Shown: one piece after another, positions 11,659 through 24,505 of the stretch
Position numbering within the stretch: the stretch's first letter is position 1
Layout of the letters: the number at the start of each line of letters is the position of its first letter
Assembly (NCBI GenBank): GCA_964016885.1
Contig: OZ024740.1
Span: 235,600,001 to 235,664,000 of the forward strand
Source of the DNA: Eledone cirrhosa
Taxonomy: Eukaryota
Length of the DNA stretch: 64,000 nucleotides
Direction of reading: 5' to 3'
Translations under genes and position numbers: made by a program
The notes under the pieces: generated by a model
Databases searched by the model: none
Told to the model about the DNA's origin: nothing
Seen by the model: only the letters and a program-made list of their open reading frames with translations

Positions 11659-12026
11659 ATCATCATCATCATCATCATCATCATTTCATTCATCATTTCA
11701 TTTCACGTCCGCTTTTCCCTGCTTGCAAGGGTGGGACGGGAACTGATTCTGGCTTCATTTCTACAGCCGGATGCCCTTCCTAACACCAACCTCATTTACA
11801 GTGAGTGCTGGGGGATTTTTTTGCCGTGGCACCTCCACGACTACTTTGCAGTGGAATGATAGGGACCCCAGTCCCTCTCATCTCATTTCTACAGCTGAGT
11901 AAACAGGAGCAATGTGAAATAAAGTGTCTTGCTCAAGGAAACAACACATCACCCGGTCTGAGAATTGAACTCACAACCTTTCGATTGCAAGGCCAGTGCT
12001 CTAACCACTAAGCCATGTGTCTCCAT
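11659..12026 (-). mobile_element. tRNA-derived SINE family 2 with RTE-derived tail
   Basis: tRNA-like head (TGGCTTAGTGGTTAGAGC..GAGTTCAATTC), CCTTGAGCAAGACAC central module, and tail CCCACCCTTGCAAGCAGGGAAAAGCGGACG-(GAT)n. Confidence 0.9.
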
Positions 12027-12639
12027 AATAATGATGGCAATGATAATGATGATAGCAAGCCATGCTATCATAGAACTGTAGATCTAACATAAGTGTGCTG
12101 TGAAGCATGTGGAGTTTATGATGAAGTTTGTTGGGTTGGGAGAAGTAGTGGGTGAGTGTATGGTGAGGTGATGTGGGGTGGGGACGGTCAGGAAAAATAA
12201 ACTGCAGTAGTTCTGATGTTCATATATACCTCACCCCTTCATCAACCTAAACTCTGCCATCACTAATGTCAATACCACCACCATCACCACCATCAACAAC
12301 AACAATAACAGCCATTACAATGAGAAATACTAGGAGCCTCTATGTGGTCAATTGACCTATTAGAAATAGCAACCAACTCTTCCTCAAATCACTCCTCACC
12401 AATGTTAGAAAGGTTATGTTGGATAATGGGGTCCTGGAGTTACAGCACATAAGAAAAAGTAGGAATTGTCATGGTTGACCAGTCAGGGATGACCTGTGGC
12501 TAAATAACAACAATGTAAAATTTTATTGTTTATTTTTCATAATATGAAGAGTGGAATTTAGTAAAACCATTACAATAACCACCACCATTTTTACTAATAC
12601 TACTACAATCACCATTCTTATGAACAACATTGTTACCAT

Positions 12640-12701
<62 letters not shown>

Positions 12702-13899
12702 TTACTACTACTACACCAACAACCACCATTACCATCATCACAACCAATATCACCACCCCTTCAATGCCAATAATAACAATTATTTCTAATATCATCATTA
12801 GCTCCCACAAGTTTCCTCTTCCTCCTCCTCAGTATTGGTGGCATTGGTGGTCCCTAAAAGTTCTACAAAGGCTCTTACTCAGCAGCAAATTGGCAGAAGT
12901 ATTAGGCGATCAAACAGAATGCATCAAGGTATTTATTTCAGCACCTTTCATTCTGAGTTCAAATCCTGCTTTTCCTTCTGCTGGTGGCAATAAATAAAAT
13001 ATCAGTCAAGCACAGTCGACAGCTTTTGTAGTATTTGTTCCAGTTCTTTACCTTCTGAGTTGAATTCCCTTTGCAGCCTATTTTGACATCAAACTTAATC
13101 TATCACCCCGTTTAATACCACTATTTGTCCTTAGAGTGTCTTTATTGGAGTCCTTTCTGCTGCAAGCATTCAAACCATGACTCTTGTCACTTTCTCTCTG
13201 TTTCTCTCATCAGTCTCAGAAACTCTGTAAGGGATACAAATAAACAAGACAAAAAACAGTCCTTTCGTGTTGAAAAAAATCACTACAAAACAAAAAATAA
13301 TTTCTGAGATTATTCTTTCTCTGAGGAAATCAAAATCTTTTGTAAACTGTTAGACAGTGTTGGTGTAGATGTGGAGTGGAAGTGGCCGCTATCATTACTA
13401 AGTTGCTTTCTTTGATATACTTTCACTGGTCAATGGTCAAGTAGTTGTATGTTACATTGCTTTGATGTCAAGCTTAATTAGCTTCTTTAAAGCTTCGACG
13501 CTTCAGCAAAACTTTTTACTCCAATGGATTGTTGGCTTCCATTCGTCATGGAAAATTATTGGAAAACTTGAAATCAATAGCAAAGGGTATGTTTGATTCT
13601 CATCAAATTCCTGATCTTTCATGCAGGAAAGATGAAAAGTACATTTGGGAGAAAACCTGACATTTCAATTTCATCTTGTAATGCTGCCAATTCTCAATGA
13701 TTATATGACTTTGTAATTCCCACTTTACCATTTTTTTTTGTTCTGGGAAATATCAGCATCAGCTAGTTCACCCATCTTTACATATCTTTCTTCAGTCATT
13801 TGTTTAATTTATATATATATATTTATTTATATATTTCAAAGGTCATAAGCATAAGTAAAGAATGTCAGCTGATAAAAATATAATTATGTATATATATAT

Positions 13900-14072
13900 A
13901 TTATATATATATACACACACACATATATATATATGTATCTTATGACATTAAAATATATAGCAAGATGTACAATACAAGCATCAAATATATATATATATAT
14001 ACACACACACATATATATATATGTATCTTATGACATTAAAATATATAGCAAGATGTACAATACAAGCATCAA

Positions 14073-14103
<31 letters not shown>

Positions 14104-14162
14104 TATATATATGTATCTTATGACATTAAAATATATAGCAAGATGTACAATACAAGCATCAA

Positions 14163-14197
<35 letters not shown>

Positions 14198-14527
14198 TAT
14201 ATCTATATGTATCTTATGACATTAAAATATATAGCAAGATGTACAATACAAGCATCAAATATATATATATATATACACACACACACATATATCTATATGT
14301 ATCTTATGACATTAAAATATATAGCAAGATGTACAATACAAGCATCAAATATATATATACATATATACACACACACACATATATATATATCTTATGACAT
14401 TAAAATATATAGCAAGATGTACAATACAATACAAGCATCAAATATATATATATACACACACACACACATATATATATGTATCTTATGACATTAAAATATA
14501 TAGCAAGATGTACAATACAAGCATCAA

Positions 14528-14560
<33 letters not shown>

Positions 14561-14925
14561 TATATATATATGTATCTTATGACATTAAAATATATAGCAA
14601 GATGTACAATACAAGCATCAAATATATATATACATATATACACACACACACATATATATATATCTTATGACATTAAAATATATAGCAAGATGTACAATAC
14701 AATACAAGCATCAAATATATATATATACACACACACACACATATATATATGTATCTTATGACATTAAAATATATAGCAAGATGTACAATACAAGCATCAA
14801 ATATATATATATACACACACACACATATATATATATGTATCTTATGACATTAAAATATATAGCAAGATGTACAATACAAGCATCAAATATATATATATAC
14901 ACACACTCATACACACACATCTATA
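13900..14925. repeat. Minisatellite: 11 copies of a ~51 bp constant core separated by variable (TA)n(CA)n(TA)n
   Basis: Core GTATCTTATGACATTAAAATATATAGCAAGATGTACAATACAAGCATCAAA; period about 87-96 bp. Confidence 0.95.
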
Positions 14926-15731
14926 TCCTCTTATTGGTTGGTGTGTTAAAATTAATGGCATAGTATGTGCACGTATGAGAGAGATAATGTTTGTGTAAGA
15001 GAAAGTAAAATAGGAGGGAGAAAGTGTGGGAGGAGAAGAGCGAATGAGAGAGAAAAGGAGAAAGTGAGATCAAAGAAGTATTGAAGAGTTCTGTCTTCTT
15101 GGTAAATGAAACCGGGATTGACACAGAATTTCAACAAGAACAAGATGAAGTGACTGCATTTTTGTTTCTCACATCATCATCATTATTGTTTCTTTTCCTC
15201 TTCCTCATCTACATTATCATCATCATACCATCCACATCATCATCATCATTGTTGATATTATCATTGTCCTCATTGCCATCATCAACCGCCTCCGCCTCAT
15301 AATTCTGTGAAAGTCATCATCACCATCATCCTTGTCATCATCTTCATAATTCCATTATTCCCCCCCCCCCGCTCTTCCCCCACCTCCTCCTCCTCTTTCT
15401 CCCCCATCATCACCATCTTCATAACCACATTCCATATCCCTGTAAAAACAAACAAAGTAATACAGTTGAGAATTGCAGTATATTGTGTAGGTAATAATAA
15501 CTAAATCAATTTAGCTGTGTGACCTAGTTTGTCAGTTCAGATCTTATTAACCTTCTGCCTTCCCATGTTTCTACCAACTTCTTTATGTTACACCAGTTCT
15601 ACAAAATACTAAAACTGTATTGGTGCTGCTTTCGATAATTGAATGCTAAAAATGGTAGCTGTGTCTGCTGAAAATATACATCAGCAATCTTAGATAGAAT
15701 TCTTTCTTTGTAATCTGTTTAATGCTTTATG

Positions 15732-15770
<39 letters not shown>

Positions 15771-15775
<5 letters not shown>

Positions 15776-16010
15776 ATACTTGGGGAGGGTCATATTGTTG
15801 TAATAATATTGCCAGAAATAATAACAGAACACACTCACTGTTTGGTTGGTTTTCACTTCTGTATCTTTTATATCTCCATAGTTAATTCATTTGGCCATCA
15901 ATGTTTATCACTGACTGACCAAGGGTCAAAAATACAGATATAAATACATATATATATAGTCTAACAAAGTTCTTTCATTGCACATCTGCAACATCTTCAG
16001 TGGTACTATT
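15771..16010 (-). mobile_element. Short hammerhead-bearing element (family C), Penelope pLTR/retrozyme-like
   Basis: On the minus strand it ends GACCCTCCCCAAGTATAACAA-(TA)n. The same end occurs at 45289, 49241 and 49698. Confidence 0.6.
15962..16005 (-). ncRNA. Hammerhead-like motif (family C) with an extra nucleotide after the CUGANGA box
   Basis: CTGAAGA-T-GTTGCA gatg TGCAAT-GAAA-GAACTT-TG; stem I is weak. Confidence 0.55.
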
Positions 16011-16133
16011 ATGTTTCCTCCTGTTGTATTGTATGTCTACTCCATTTTTTTAATTTATTTTTAAAATTTTATTTCTGGCAGTATATATATATATATATAT
16101 ATATTATTCTGGCAATATATATATATATATTAT

Positions 16134-17090
16134 CGTCATCATCATCATCATCGTTTAACATCCATGTTCCATGCTAGCATGGGTTAGATGAGTTGTCCTG
16201 TTATAGGCAATGCTAGGTCAGGTGACCATGTCTTGCTCATGCAGGACTGATTTTGGCCTAGTTTCTACAGCTTGATGCCCTTCCTAACGCCAACCTAATT
16301 TATGGTGAGTACTTGGTACTTTTTGTCATGAGGCCTACGCGACCACTTTTCAGTGAGTACTGGGTGCTTTTTGTCATGACACCTATACGACCACTTTACA
16401 TTGGGAAGGTGGGAAGATGTAGGGGGGTATATATATGCTTCAGCTTCGGCTTTTATCCGTGGGAAGCTGGGTCTTCTGTATTACTGCATAACACCAGAGA
16501 TCTCGGTTCTGCGTCATCGCTTTTGAGAGGTGCAATTGGGCAAGGTCAGCTTTTATCATCTCATCTCATGTCTTCTTGGGTCTCTCCACTCAAAGGCTTC
16601 CATCAACTTTCAGCGCTCTGCACCTTTTTATGCAGCTGTCATCCTTCAAACGCATCACATGTCCATACCAATGTAATCTCCTCTCCTGCCTAGTCTCTCT
16701 CTCAGTTCGTTTATGCTTTGCCACACCCAGGTCTCACTGCCATGCAAAACCGCTATTCATATGCATGCATCATACCGTCTACCTTTCATTCTTGGGGGAA
16801 AGCCTTTTGCAGCTAGCAGTGGTAGTAGTTCCCTGAACTCTTCCATCCCATTCTTATGCTGGCTACTATACTTTCAGAACACCCACACCCACTGCTAATT
16901 CAGTTACCCTGGTAGCAGAAGCTGTCTACTGAAGCTGTCTACTGTTTCTATCAAGCCCTCCCAAAATTTGGTAGTGCTTGTTTCCTGTGGTCTTTTCTGC
17001 TTACTGTCCTGGTGCAACTGTTACATGTAAAGCCTACATTCTTAGCTAAACTCCCTGAGATCCCACTACTCCCTTGATGGAGTCCAACTC
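16134..17090 (-). mobile_element. Degenerate RTE LINE 3' portion
   Basis: Homologous to 30441-31478 (WYGHVMR, HGSETW motifs) with a (GAT)n tail. Confidence 0.85.
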
Positions 17091-17129
17091 CTATATTGAA
17101 TGGTTTCGATTTAGCACCATTTATTCAAA

Positions 17130-17622
17130 CACAAATACTTGGGCATTTTTATAGAAACATTAGGGCAACAAGAAGCTGACCATCGATCCCATACCCATAC
17201 AGAACCTTCCACAGCAGGTCCCATGGAATGTGGTCATATAGCTGGTCCTGGCTTCCTTATCCACCAATGCTTCCCACTTTATCTTGTATGTTGCTCTGGA
17301 CCTGCCAGTTTTGTGGGTTTCTTTGGCTTTAGGTAGTCTCATGCTGCAGATAACTGGATGATGATCAGTTGACAGCTCAGCTCCTCTCTTAACACAAAGA
17401 GATCAGAGACAATAACAAAAGCGATTATTGATCTTTACCCTGATTCCTCTTATACCGTGTATATTTATGGATGTCTCTGTGCTGGAAAAAGTGAGTCCAT
17501 TGCCAGAACAGAAGTCTAATAAGGCCTCTCCATTTGTATTCAGGATCGCCGTTCCTTCCAATCACTCATCAATATCAGGTGGCCAGTGCCAACATGTGCA
17601 TTGAAGTCCCCCATTAGGATAT
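17130..17622 (-). pseudogene. LINE AP-endonuclease fragment
   Basis: ILMGDFNAHVG..NGEALLDFC..FFQHRDIHKYT..GAELSTDHHPV, read across frameshifts. Confidence 0.75.
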
Positions 17623-17671
17623 GTTCCTTCATTGTTTAGCATTATATGTGTGTGTATCATCATCATCATCA

Positions 17672-18395
17672 TCAACCTTTCTAACCACGGACCAGACCAG
17701 AAAGTGCGGGGTCTTTTCAAGTTTGAGCTTCCAGATCAATTCAGAAAGGGCCGTACATTTCCTCTTATCTATTCTGTTAAAGGAATGGCGATGGTTATAC
17801 CACCGATCTTTGAAGCTCGTCGCTGTGGATCCTATGTAGTGGTGCTCCAAGTTAGGGTTGTGACCTTGCACCTGTAGACCACGTTTTTCGTCATGTATTC
17901 ATTACTAAGGGGGCATAGTGATGGGTCTCTGCAATTACATGACTTCTTAAGCCCCACCACATGTACCGCGTGGTTACCATCACTCGGGGTTGGCTGGGTA
18001 GCCTCCACAATCAGCACAGGGTCGTTGGGTTCCGGTGTGTTAGTTGGGCCTGTCCAGGTTCCGTTGCGTCCCGCGTGCTGGTTCTGTTGGGTGGCTCCGG
18101 GGTTTACGGTGGTATTAGAGGCAGTGAGCCTATTCCTATTTATGCCAGCTATATGGAGGGTGTGGTTGAGTAGGAAAGTTTCACCGTGTGCCTGTTGAAT
18201 ATTTTATGGTACTTGTGGGCCCTAGGGAAACATTTATCCAGTACTCTAAAGAATGTTCTAGCCAGGTTGGCATGTAGACCCACCGAGTACGGAGGGTTAT
18301 ACCATGTGACCTTCCTGGTCCTATTCTTGCGGGGTTGTTGGGTGTCCGCCGTGGGCCATCGCGTGGTTGTGCACAGCTCAGGTCGAGCTCGGTTG
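17672..18395 (-). pseudogene. Penelope-like element: RT-linker and GIY-YIG endonuclease fragment
   Basis: WYNPPYS..LDKCFP..HKIFNRHTVKLSYS; CNCRDPSLCPL..NVVYRC; YIGSTATSFKDRWYNHRHSF..TALSELIWKLK. Contains a stop and frameshifts. Confidence 0.9.
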
Positions 18396-18431
18396 ATGTG
18401 TGTGTGTGTTTATATATATATATGTGTGTGT

Positions 18432-18462
<31 letters not shown>

Positions 18463-18561
18463 ATATATATGTATGTAAAAGGTAAACAGAAATAACAACA
18501 CAATCGGTACAGTATATGGAAGGTATATACTAGGTTAATGCTTGATATAGCAGGAAGAGGG

Positions 18562-18597
18562 TCTTAACGTTTCGGACGCAATTCCTTCATCAGAAGA
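18562..18597 (-). ncRNA. Minimal type I hammerhead ribozyme (family D), upstream of and co-oriented with the PLE fragment
   Basis: TCTT-CTGATGA-A-GGA attgcg TCC-GAA-ACGT-T-AAGA; palindromic stem III, GUU triplet, 4 bp stem I. Confidence 0.72.
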
Positions 18598-18964
18598 AAG
18601 AATGAGAAATAAAATAGATTGAGGGGACGGGCGGGATGGAATTGGAAAAAAATGTCTTTAGATAAAAATAACAGGTCCATTCATGTTGACATCTCTTATA
18701 TAGCACTATATTAGAACCCCTCTATATTTACTATACTACACTACAAACTACAACAGATGTGCTTCTTTTGTATGAGATATATATCTTGAAGCAGGATTCC
18801 TGCTGCAACCAAACTGCTGCAGCAAGTTATTTGTAGCATTTTCAGAGTTTTGCAACATAGATAAATTCATTAGAGATATAGTGTGAGCTACAAGATATAT
18901 GTGCATTATTATGCAACATTATTTGCAGCAACTGTTTCTACCATCAGATACATCAAGTGCACTT

Positions 18965-18997
<33 letters not shown>

Positions 18998-19199
18998 TTT
19001 GCCATCAGTACATTTATTTATTGATGTTTCCATATCGCTGCACACAATGCATTTTCTGGTATTGACCAGAAGATTGTTGCTGCATCTTTTCAGTCTGTTA
19101 CCAAGGAGATTTTCAAGGCTCAGCTTCTTCAATCAAAACTAGCTGAACTTCTGGTCAATATCTATTGTCATTGTCTTCACAAGGTTCTTTTATTATCTT

Positions 19200-19445
19200 T
19201 CTCTCCTTCTCTCTTTCCCCCACCTTCTCTCTCACTCTCTCTCACTCTCTAGCTGTCTCTCTCTCTTTCCCCCTATCTCTCTCACACTCTCTAGCTTTCT
19301 CTCTCTCTAGCTTTCCCTCTCTCTAGCTGTCTCACTCCTCCCTCTCTCTCTAGCTATCTCACTATCTCTTTCCCTCTCTCTAGCTATCTCACTCCTCCCT
19401 CTCTCTCTAGCTGTCTCACTCCTCCTTCTCTCTCTCTAGCTTCTC
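19200..19445. repeat. CT-rich degenerate minisatellite (CTCTCTAGCT units)
   Basis: Direct reading of the sequence. Confidence 0.8.
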
Positions 19446-19932
19446 ACATTTCTTTACTTTTCACTGATTTTTTGCAATCTCCCTTTCATTTTTTTTTTAC
19501 TATCCCTCTCACTCACTAACTGCTCAACCATGAAGTTTGGAATGGCATTCCTTTATCTCAGTCTGCAAGAAACAAGATAATGGCTGCACTGTGGTTGGAA
19601 CTCACTGACCATGAGATTAGTAGTTCAACCTAGTAACTCCACAACTATTAAATATTCTTTTATACATCCCCATTCTAACACTAACCAAATAATCCCTCAA
19701 CAAGCCACCACATATTCATTCATTCTCTAGTCTGGGTTTCCCAATTCTTTAAATATTTATAGCAAGTCAAGTGAGATCATAGAGGCTTCTTCTTTGTTTT
19801 GAATTAGATGTTGTTAAGTTTAAGTTCCTGAGCTGCAAGGTATCTCTATTCATGGGATTCTACTTTGTTGTTGAAAGAAGTTATTTAGATTTTTGCTATC
19901 ATACCTCCCTTCATAGCTTGTGTTGAGCATCT

Positions 19933-20141
19933 TCTTTAGTATTTACATTACTCTATATATACTATTATATTTTCACAGTAAAGGCTTTACATAATTCTTA
20001 CATAATTTTGAATCTATGAGATTTTGATATTATTTACTTTTAAGAACCTTAACATCTGTATGAGTGGTCGGTTATAGCCAGTTTGAACAGAAAGAGGTGA
20101 GAAAATTCTGGCTGGATACAGCTGGTTTAAATGCTAAAGGG
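19933..20141 (+). mobile_element. piggyBac-type MITE (eroded ends)
   Basis: Homology to 5249-5460. Confidence 0.75.
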
Positions 20142-20438
20142 TTACAGAACTGCATGAGAATATAAACTTATCTTGAAAAGGCACCTTTTTAATGTAGTGT
20201 TATTGTTCAGCCCCATGTCAGTTTCGACAAAACAAACCAATGTTAAAAAACAATCCAACCACAACCATTCTGTCATTTTTTTGGTTAAGACAGTAAGCTG
20301 CAACCTAACAGAGATTTGACTGCTATTTCCAGCAGGTAATGCTACCACTTAAAGGCTCTCTTGTTGATTCATTTTAATCCAGTAATGTAGGGTGCTGAGA
20401 TTTGACTGCTAATTCTAGCAGGTCATGCTACCATTTAA

Positions 20439-20657
20439 CCCTTTAGCATTCACATTACTCTATATATACTATTATATTTTCATGGTAAAGGCTTTACCTC
20501 ACATAATATCTCGCATAATATCTAATCTATGAGATTTTGAAAGTATTTATTTTGAGAACAATACCTTAACATCAGTTTGAGTGCTCAGTTACAACCAGTT
20601 TCAACAGAAAAAGGTAGAGAATTCTGGCCGGTTTTGGCCGGTTTGAACATTAAAGGG
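20439..20657 (+). mobile_element. piggyBac-type MITE inserted in one unit of a local tandem duplication
   Basis: TTAA at 20435-20438 and 20658-20661; empty paralogous site at about 20349. Confidence 0.88.
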
Positions 20658-21216
20658 TTAAAGGCTCTCTTGTTGATTCATTTCAATCCAGTAATGTAGG
20701 ATGTAATTTCAGCTACATATTAGATTATCGAGGTGTTATCAATTACCTCCTCCTTCAAGTTCCATATGCACTGGAATAGTACAAATATGTTGTATGTTTT
20801 TTTTTCTGTTAGTCAGTTATAGTTAGTTCTGCTTGATACCACCTATGGATGATACCTTGACTAAGTGTGCAATTATTTCTGGAAGGCATGTGCCATTAAG
20901 TGAACAGAACATAGTACTGCTGCAGATGCATTCTGGTGGTAGAATTGATTTGTCCCTATGTATGTTCTATTGCTTTAAGCTACCAGAATGCCAATGTTTT
21001 TGTACAGCTATAACTAAATTTTACACCGTTTTTGTTGAAAAGCTCTGGTGTTTATGTTAGAGGAAGAAAGTTAGTGGGGGCAGAGGATTTCCCAACTCTA
21101 CCTCTATTTTTTTTATTTACTAGCAAAATTTTCATTGTAGGCTACTTTTTAACATGATTCACTACTTTTGAAAATTTCATGCTATTTTTTTAAATGAAAT
21201 TGATCTGGCATCCCTG

Positions 21217-21220
<4 letters not shown>

Positions 21221-21287
<67 letters not shown>

Positions 21288-21433
21288 GTTTAACGTCCAT
21301 ATTCCACGCTTGCATGGGTTTGGACGGGAGTTTTCCGACTTGAGGCAGGAGTGGTTGTCTTGCTCGCATAGGACTGTCTGGCGGGTTTTCTACAGCTGGA
21401 TGCCCTTCCTAACACCAACCACATTTACAGTGT
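21221..21433 (-). mobile_element. RTE 3' UTR fragment with long (CAT)n tail
   Basis: Reverse complement matches 1490-1652. Confidence 0.85.
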
Positions 21434-22305
21434 TAGTAAAGGAAATTCCATAACTGTCTTGGAAATAGACATCTTTATTTCTTTCCCTCGTTTCATGTTT
21501 TTTAATAACATCCAAAATATAGTTCATGCATTTGTATCATTTTAAGTATTTATAAACCCGGATATACAGGGTTCTGCAGTTAGCAGATATATTGTAAAGT
21601 GGTTCAAAACTTCAAAGCTCTGGGGTTTATGCAAAGCATCAGAAGAACACTTTAGGTGTGTCAAATACATGACGACCACCCTCGTACACTCTGTAAAGTT
21701 GCTGGTGTTAGAAAGGGTATCTAGCAGTAGAAAATTTGCCAAAGAAAGGATTGGGAGGACTCTTCAACTGTGTCAAAGACATGACAACCTCCATAGTGCT
21801 GGTGCCACAATAAAATGAACTTAGTAGAGTACAGGAATGTATGTAAGCGAGAAGTCAGTAATACCGCTTGAGTACTGATTTGATCTGTGAAGACCCGTTC
21901 AACTCTTGCCAAAAAGGAAACTGACAAAAACTGATGATTATAATGATACATTCATGTATGTGAGCATGCTAGGAAGAAGACACACATTCGTATAGCACCA
22001 TACTTTAGCTCAAACTCAACCTGCATCCCATCTAGACTAATACTCTTTCTGCTATAACTCTATCTGTTATTTTCATAAATCCATCCATCAGTTTTATGCC
22101 TCTCTAGTTACTTCTTTTTAGAGCATTTCCTTTGGCTTTTTAAGGGTTCCTGTTGATACTATTGTGCTAGTCTTTGGGTATGACACTTCTCTGTACTACC
22201 TGATTGAATATGTGAATGACTAGTGCATGTCCTATTTCACTTGATATCTTAAGCATCTTATTATCTCTGTTAGTCCTGCTGTTTTCCTTGACTCCATATC
22301 GTTAA

Positions 22306-22526
22306 CCATTTAAAATTTACATTATTCTACTATTATATTTTTATGGTAAAAGCTTTATCTCACATAATCATTTCACATAATATGGAATCTACGAGATTTT
22401 GATGATGTTATTATTTATTTTGAGAACAATATCTTCATGTCAGTATGAGTGGCTGATTATAGCCGGTTTGAACAGAAAGAGGTGAGAGAATTCTTACCAG
22501 ATATGGCCAGTTTAAATGCTAAAGGG
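22306..22526 (+). mobile_element. piggyBac-type MITE
   Basis: TTAA flanks; right TIR AATGCTAAAGGG. Confidence 0.8.
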
Positions 22527-23577
22527 TTAATTGAAACCTCAGCCACGTAGTGTTCATCTTAATTAGTTGATCCCTTTGTTGAGTGTACTGAGATAATCTT
22601 CCTCTCTCATTCACCCATACATTCGCTATGTTTAGTAATATCTCATATTAACATTTCCATGCCTCTTTCTTCTCAGTATCAGTGATGGTAGGTGTATCAT
22701 TAACATTATGTAGACACCTTTCCCTAATGATGTCTTGATTGTCCCTGACATACTTCTTTGAATTATAGAATACCCCATGCCTCCTAACTTGCCATTGCAG
22801 AACATTGGTAAATTTCATATGTTCAGGTATTTTTCCATGCTACATATATCTGATGCCTAGCTTCTCTTCTAACTATATGGTATTTTTCCATGTTAACCCC
22901 TTTTCAATCTCTCCAAGCATGTCTCTTAGCATTTATGTCTCTACAGTCCTATCATCTTCCATCTGACTTGAACCTTGCTTTTCTGCAGACCTGGTTTGTA
23001 GCTTACAGCAGGTTGTTTCATAGAGATTCCCAGTTAAGTCTCTTATCTCTTCTGCCTTCATGACATATGTCAACTAATACTTCTTTGAACATACAAGGAG
23101 ATCTGTCCAGGAAATCTTTCAGCTTCTATGCCTTCCTTCTTTAGATTAACTTGTTTCAGAGTTTGTATAGCTCCAACTGTGATGGCAATAATCCTTAGCT
23201 TGTATTGAATAGGACATTGTTCCTCATGGTGGAATGTAAGGAGGAGTGGTGACTTAGTATTCACAACCAGTAACCAGCTGTCTATTCTATTTCCTGGGGA
23301 GTATGTACACCATATATATTTTATATAAGTTGCAGCTGTTTCTATGAAAATACTGCATGAAAAAACAGCATGCAATTTATCTGCTGGACTTACAAAACCT
23401 CAATTCAAATTATATGATACATTATGAATGTTGAATCTAAAATAGAAGTCCAACTTATCTACCAGTGTGACTAGATTATACATTAGATATGTCTTATAGC
23501 ATACATGGTGTAGCATACATTTGATATGTATGATATATAATGTAATATATCTTAGTTATTACCTTGATATTATATGT

Positions 23578-24124
23578 CACCATTTTACGTCCGTTCTTCC
23601 ACGCTAGCATGGGATAGATGGGTTGTCCTGTTGTGGGCAGTGTCCAGTCAGCTGACCTTGTCTTGCTCATAAAGAAACTGATTCTGGCTTGATTTCTACA
23701 GCTGGATGCCCTTCCTAACACCAACCTCATTTACAGTGAGTGCTGGGTGCTTGTTTTCCCGTGGTACCTACACGTCCACTTTACAGTGTGGGCTGGGTGC
23801 TTTTTTGCCGTGGCTCCTCCACGTCCACATTACAGTGGGAGGATGTGAGGCATATTGTCTATATGCTTCAGCTTCGGCTTGTACCCGTGGGGTGTCGGGT
23901 CTTCTGTATTACTGTGTGACACCAGAGGTCACGGTCATGTGTCATCACCTTTGAGAGGTGTAATTGAGTAAGGTCGGCTTTTATCACCTCATCCAGGTCT
24001 TCTTGGGTCTCCCCACTCCGCAGCTTCCATCGACTTCTGGTAGTGCTCTGCACCTTTTTATGCAGCTGTCATCCTTCATATGCATCACATGTTCATACCA
24101 ACGCAACCTCCTCTTCTGCACACA
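23578..24124 (-). mobile_element. RTE LINE 3' fragment
   Basis: Homologous to 32020-32550. Confidence 0.85.
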
Positions 24125-24319
24125 AAATAATTAATCTGTCTGTTGAGGACATACATACATACAGAACTAATCCAGGACTATCAATCATAGTACATTATAA
24201 ACCTACCATATATACTTGAATAAAGTAGACCCCCCCCCTCTATTTTATTTCTGAGAAATGGGAAAAAATCAAAACCCCATTTATAAGCTAAAGCAGCTAA
24301 TCAACACATTATGTTTAGA

Positions 24320-24505
24320 TGGCGGTGGATTGGCAGTATTGGTAGAGTGTCGGATGCCATGCTTTGGCGCATAGAGTTACGGCCCTTGCCATTCTGAGTT
24401 CAAATCCCGCCGAGGTTAACTTTGCCTTTCATCCTTACGGGGTCGATAAAATAAAGTACCAGTAATACACTGGGTAATTGCTGGCCTTGTGCCTAACGTA
24501 GAAAC
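24320..24505 (+). mobile_element. SINE family 1 with imperfect target-site duplication
   Basis: Full head to tail; flanked by ACACATT(AT)GTTTAGATGGC on both sides. Confidence 0.9.

Noticed and set aside
11280-12790. Poly-H/T/V/M/P ORFs (also 39976-40638, 53159-53416 and 55222-55563)
   Set aside because: They derive from trinucleotide microsatellites (CAT, ACT, CCA) and retroelement tails.
13900-14925. CRISPR-like repeat/spacer appearance
   Set aside because: The spacers are only microsatellite length variants, there are no cas genes, and the context is eukaryotic.
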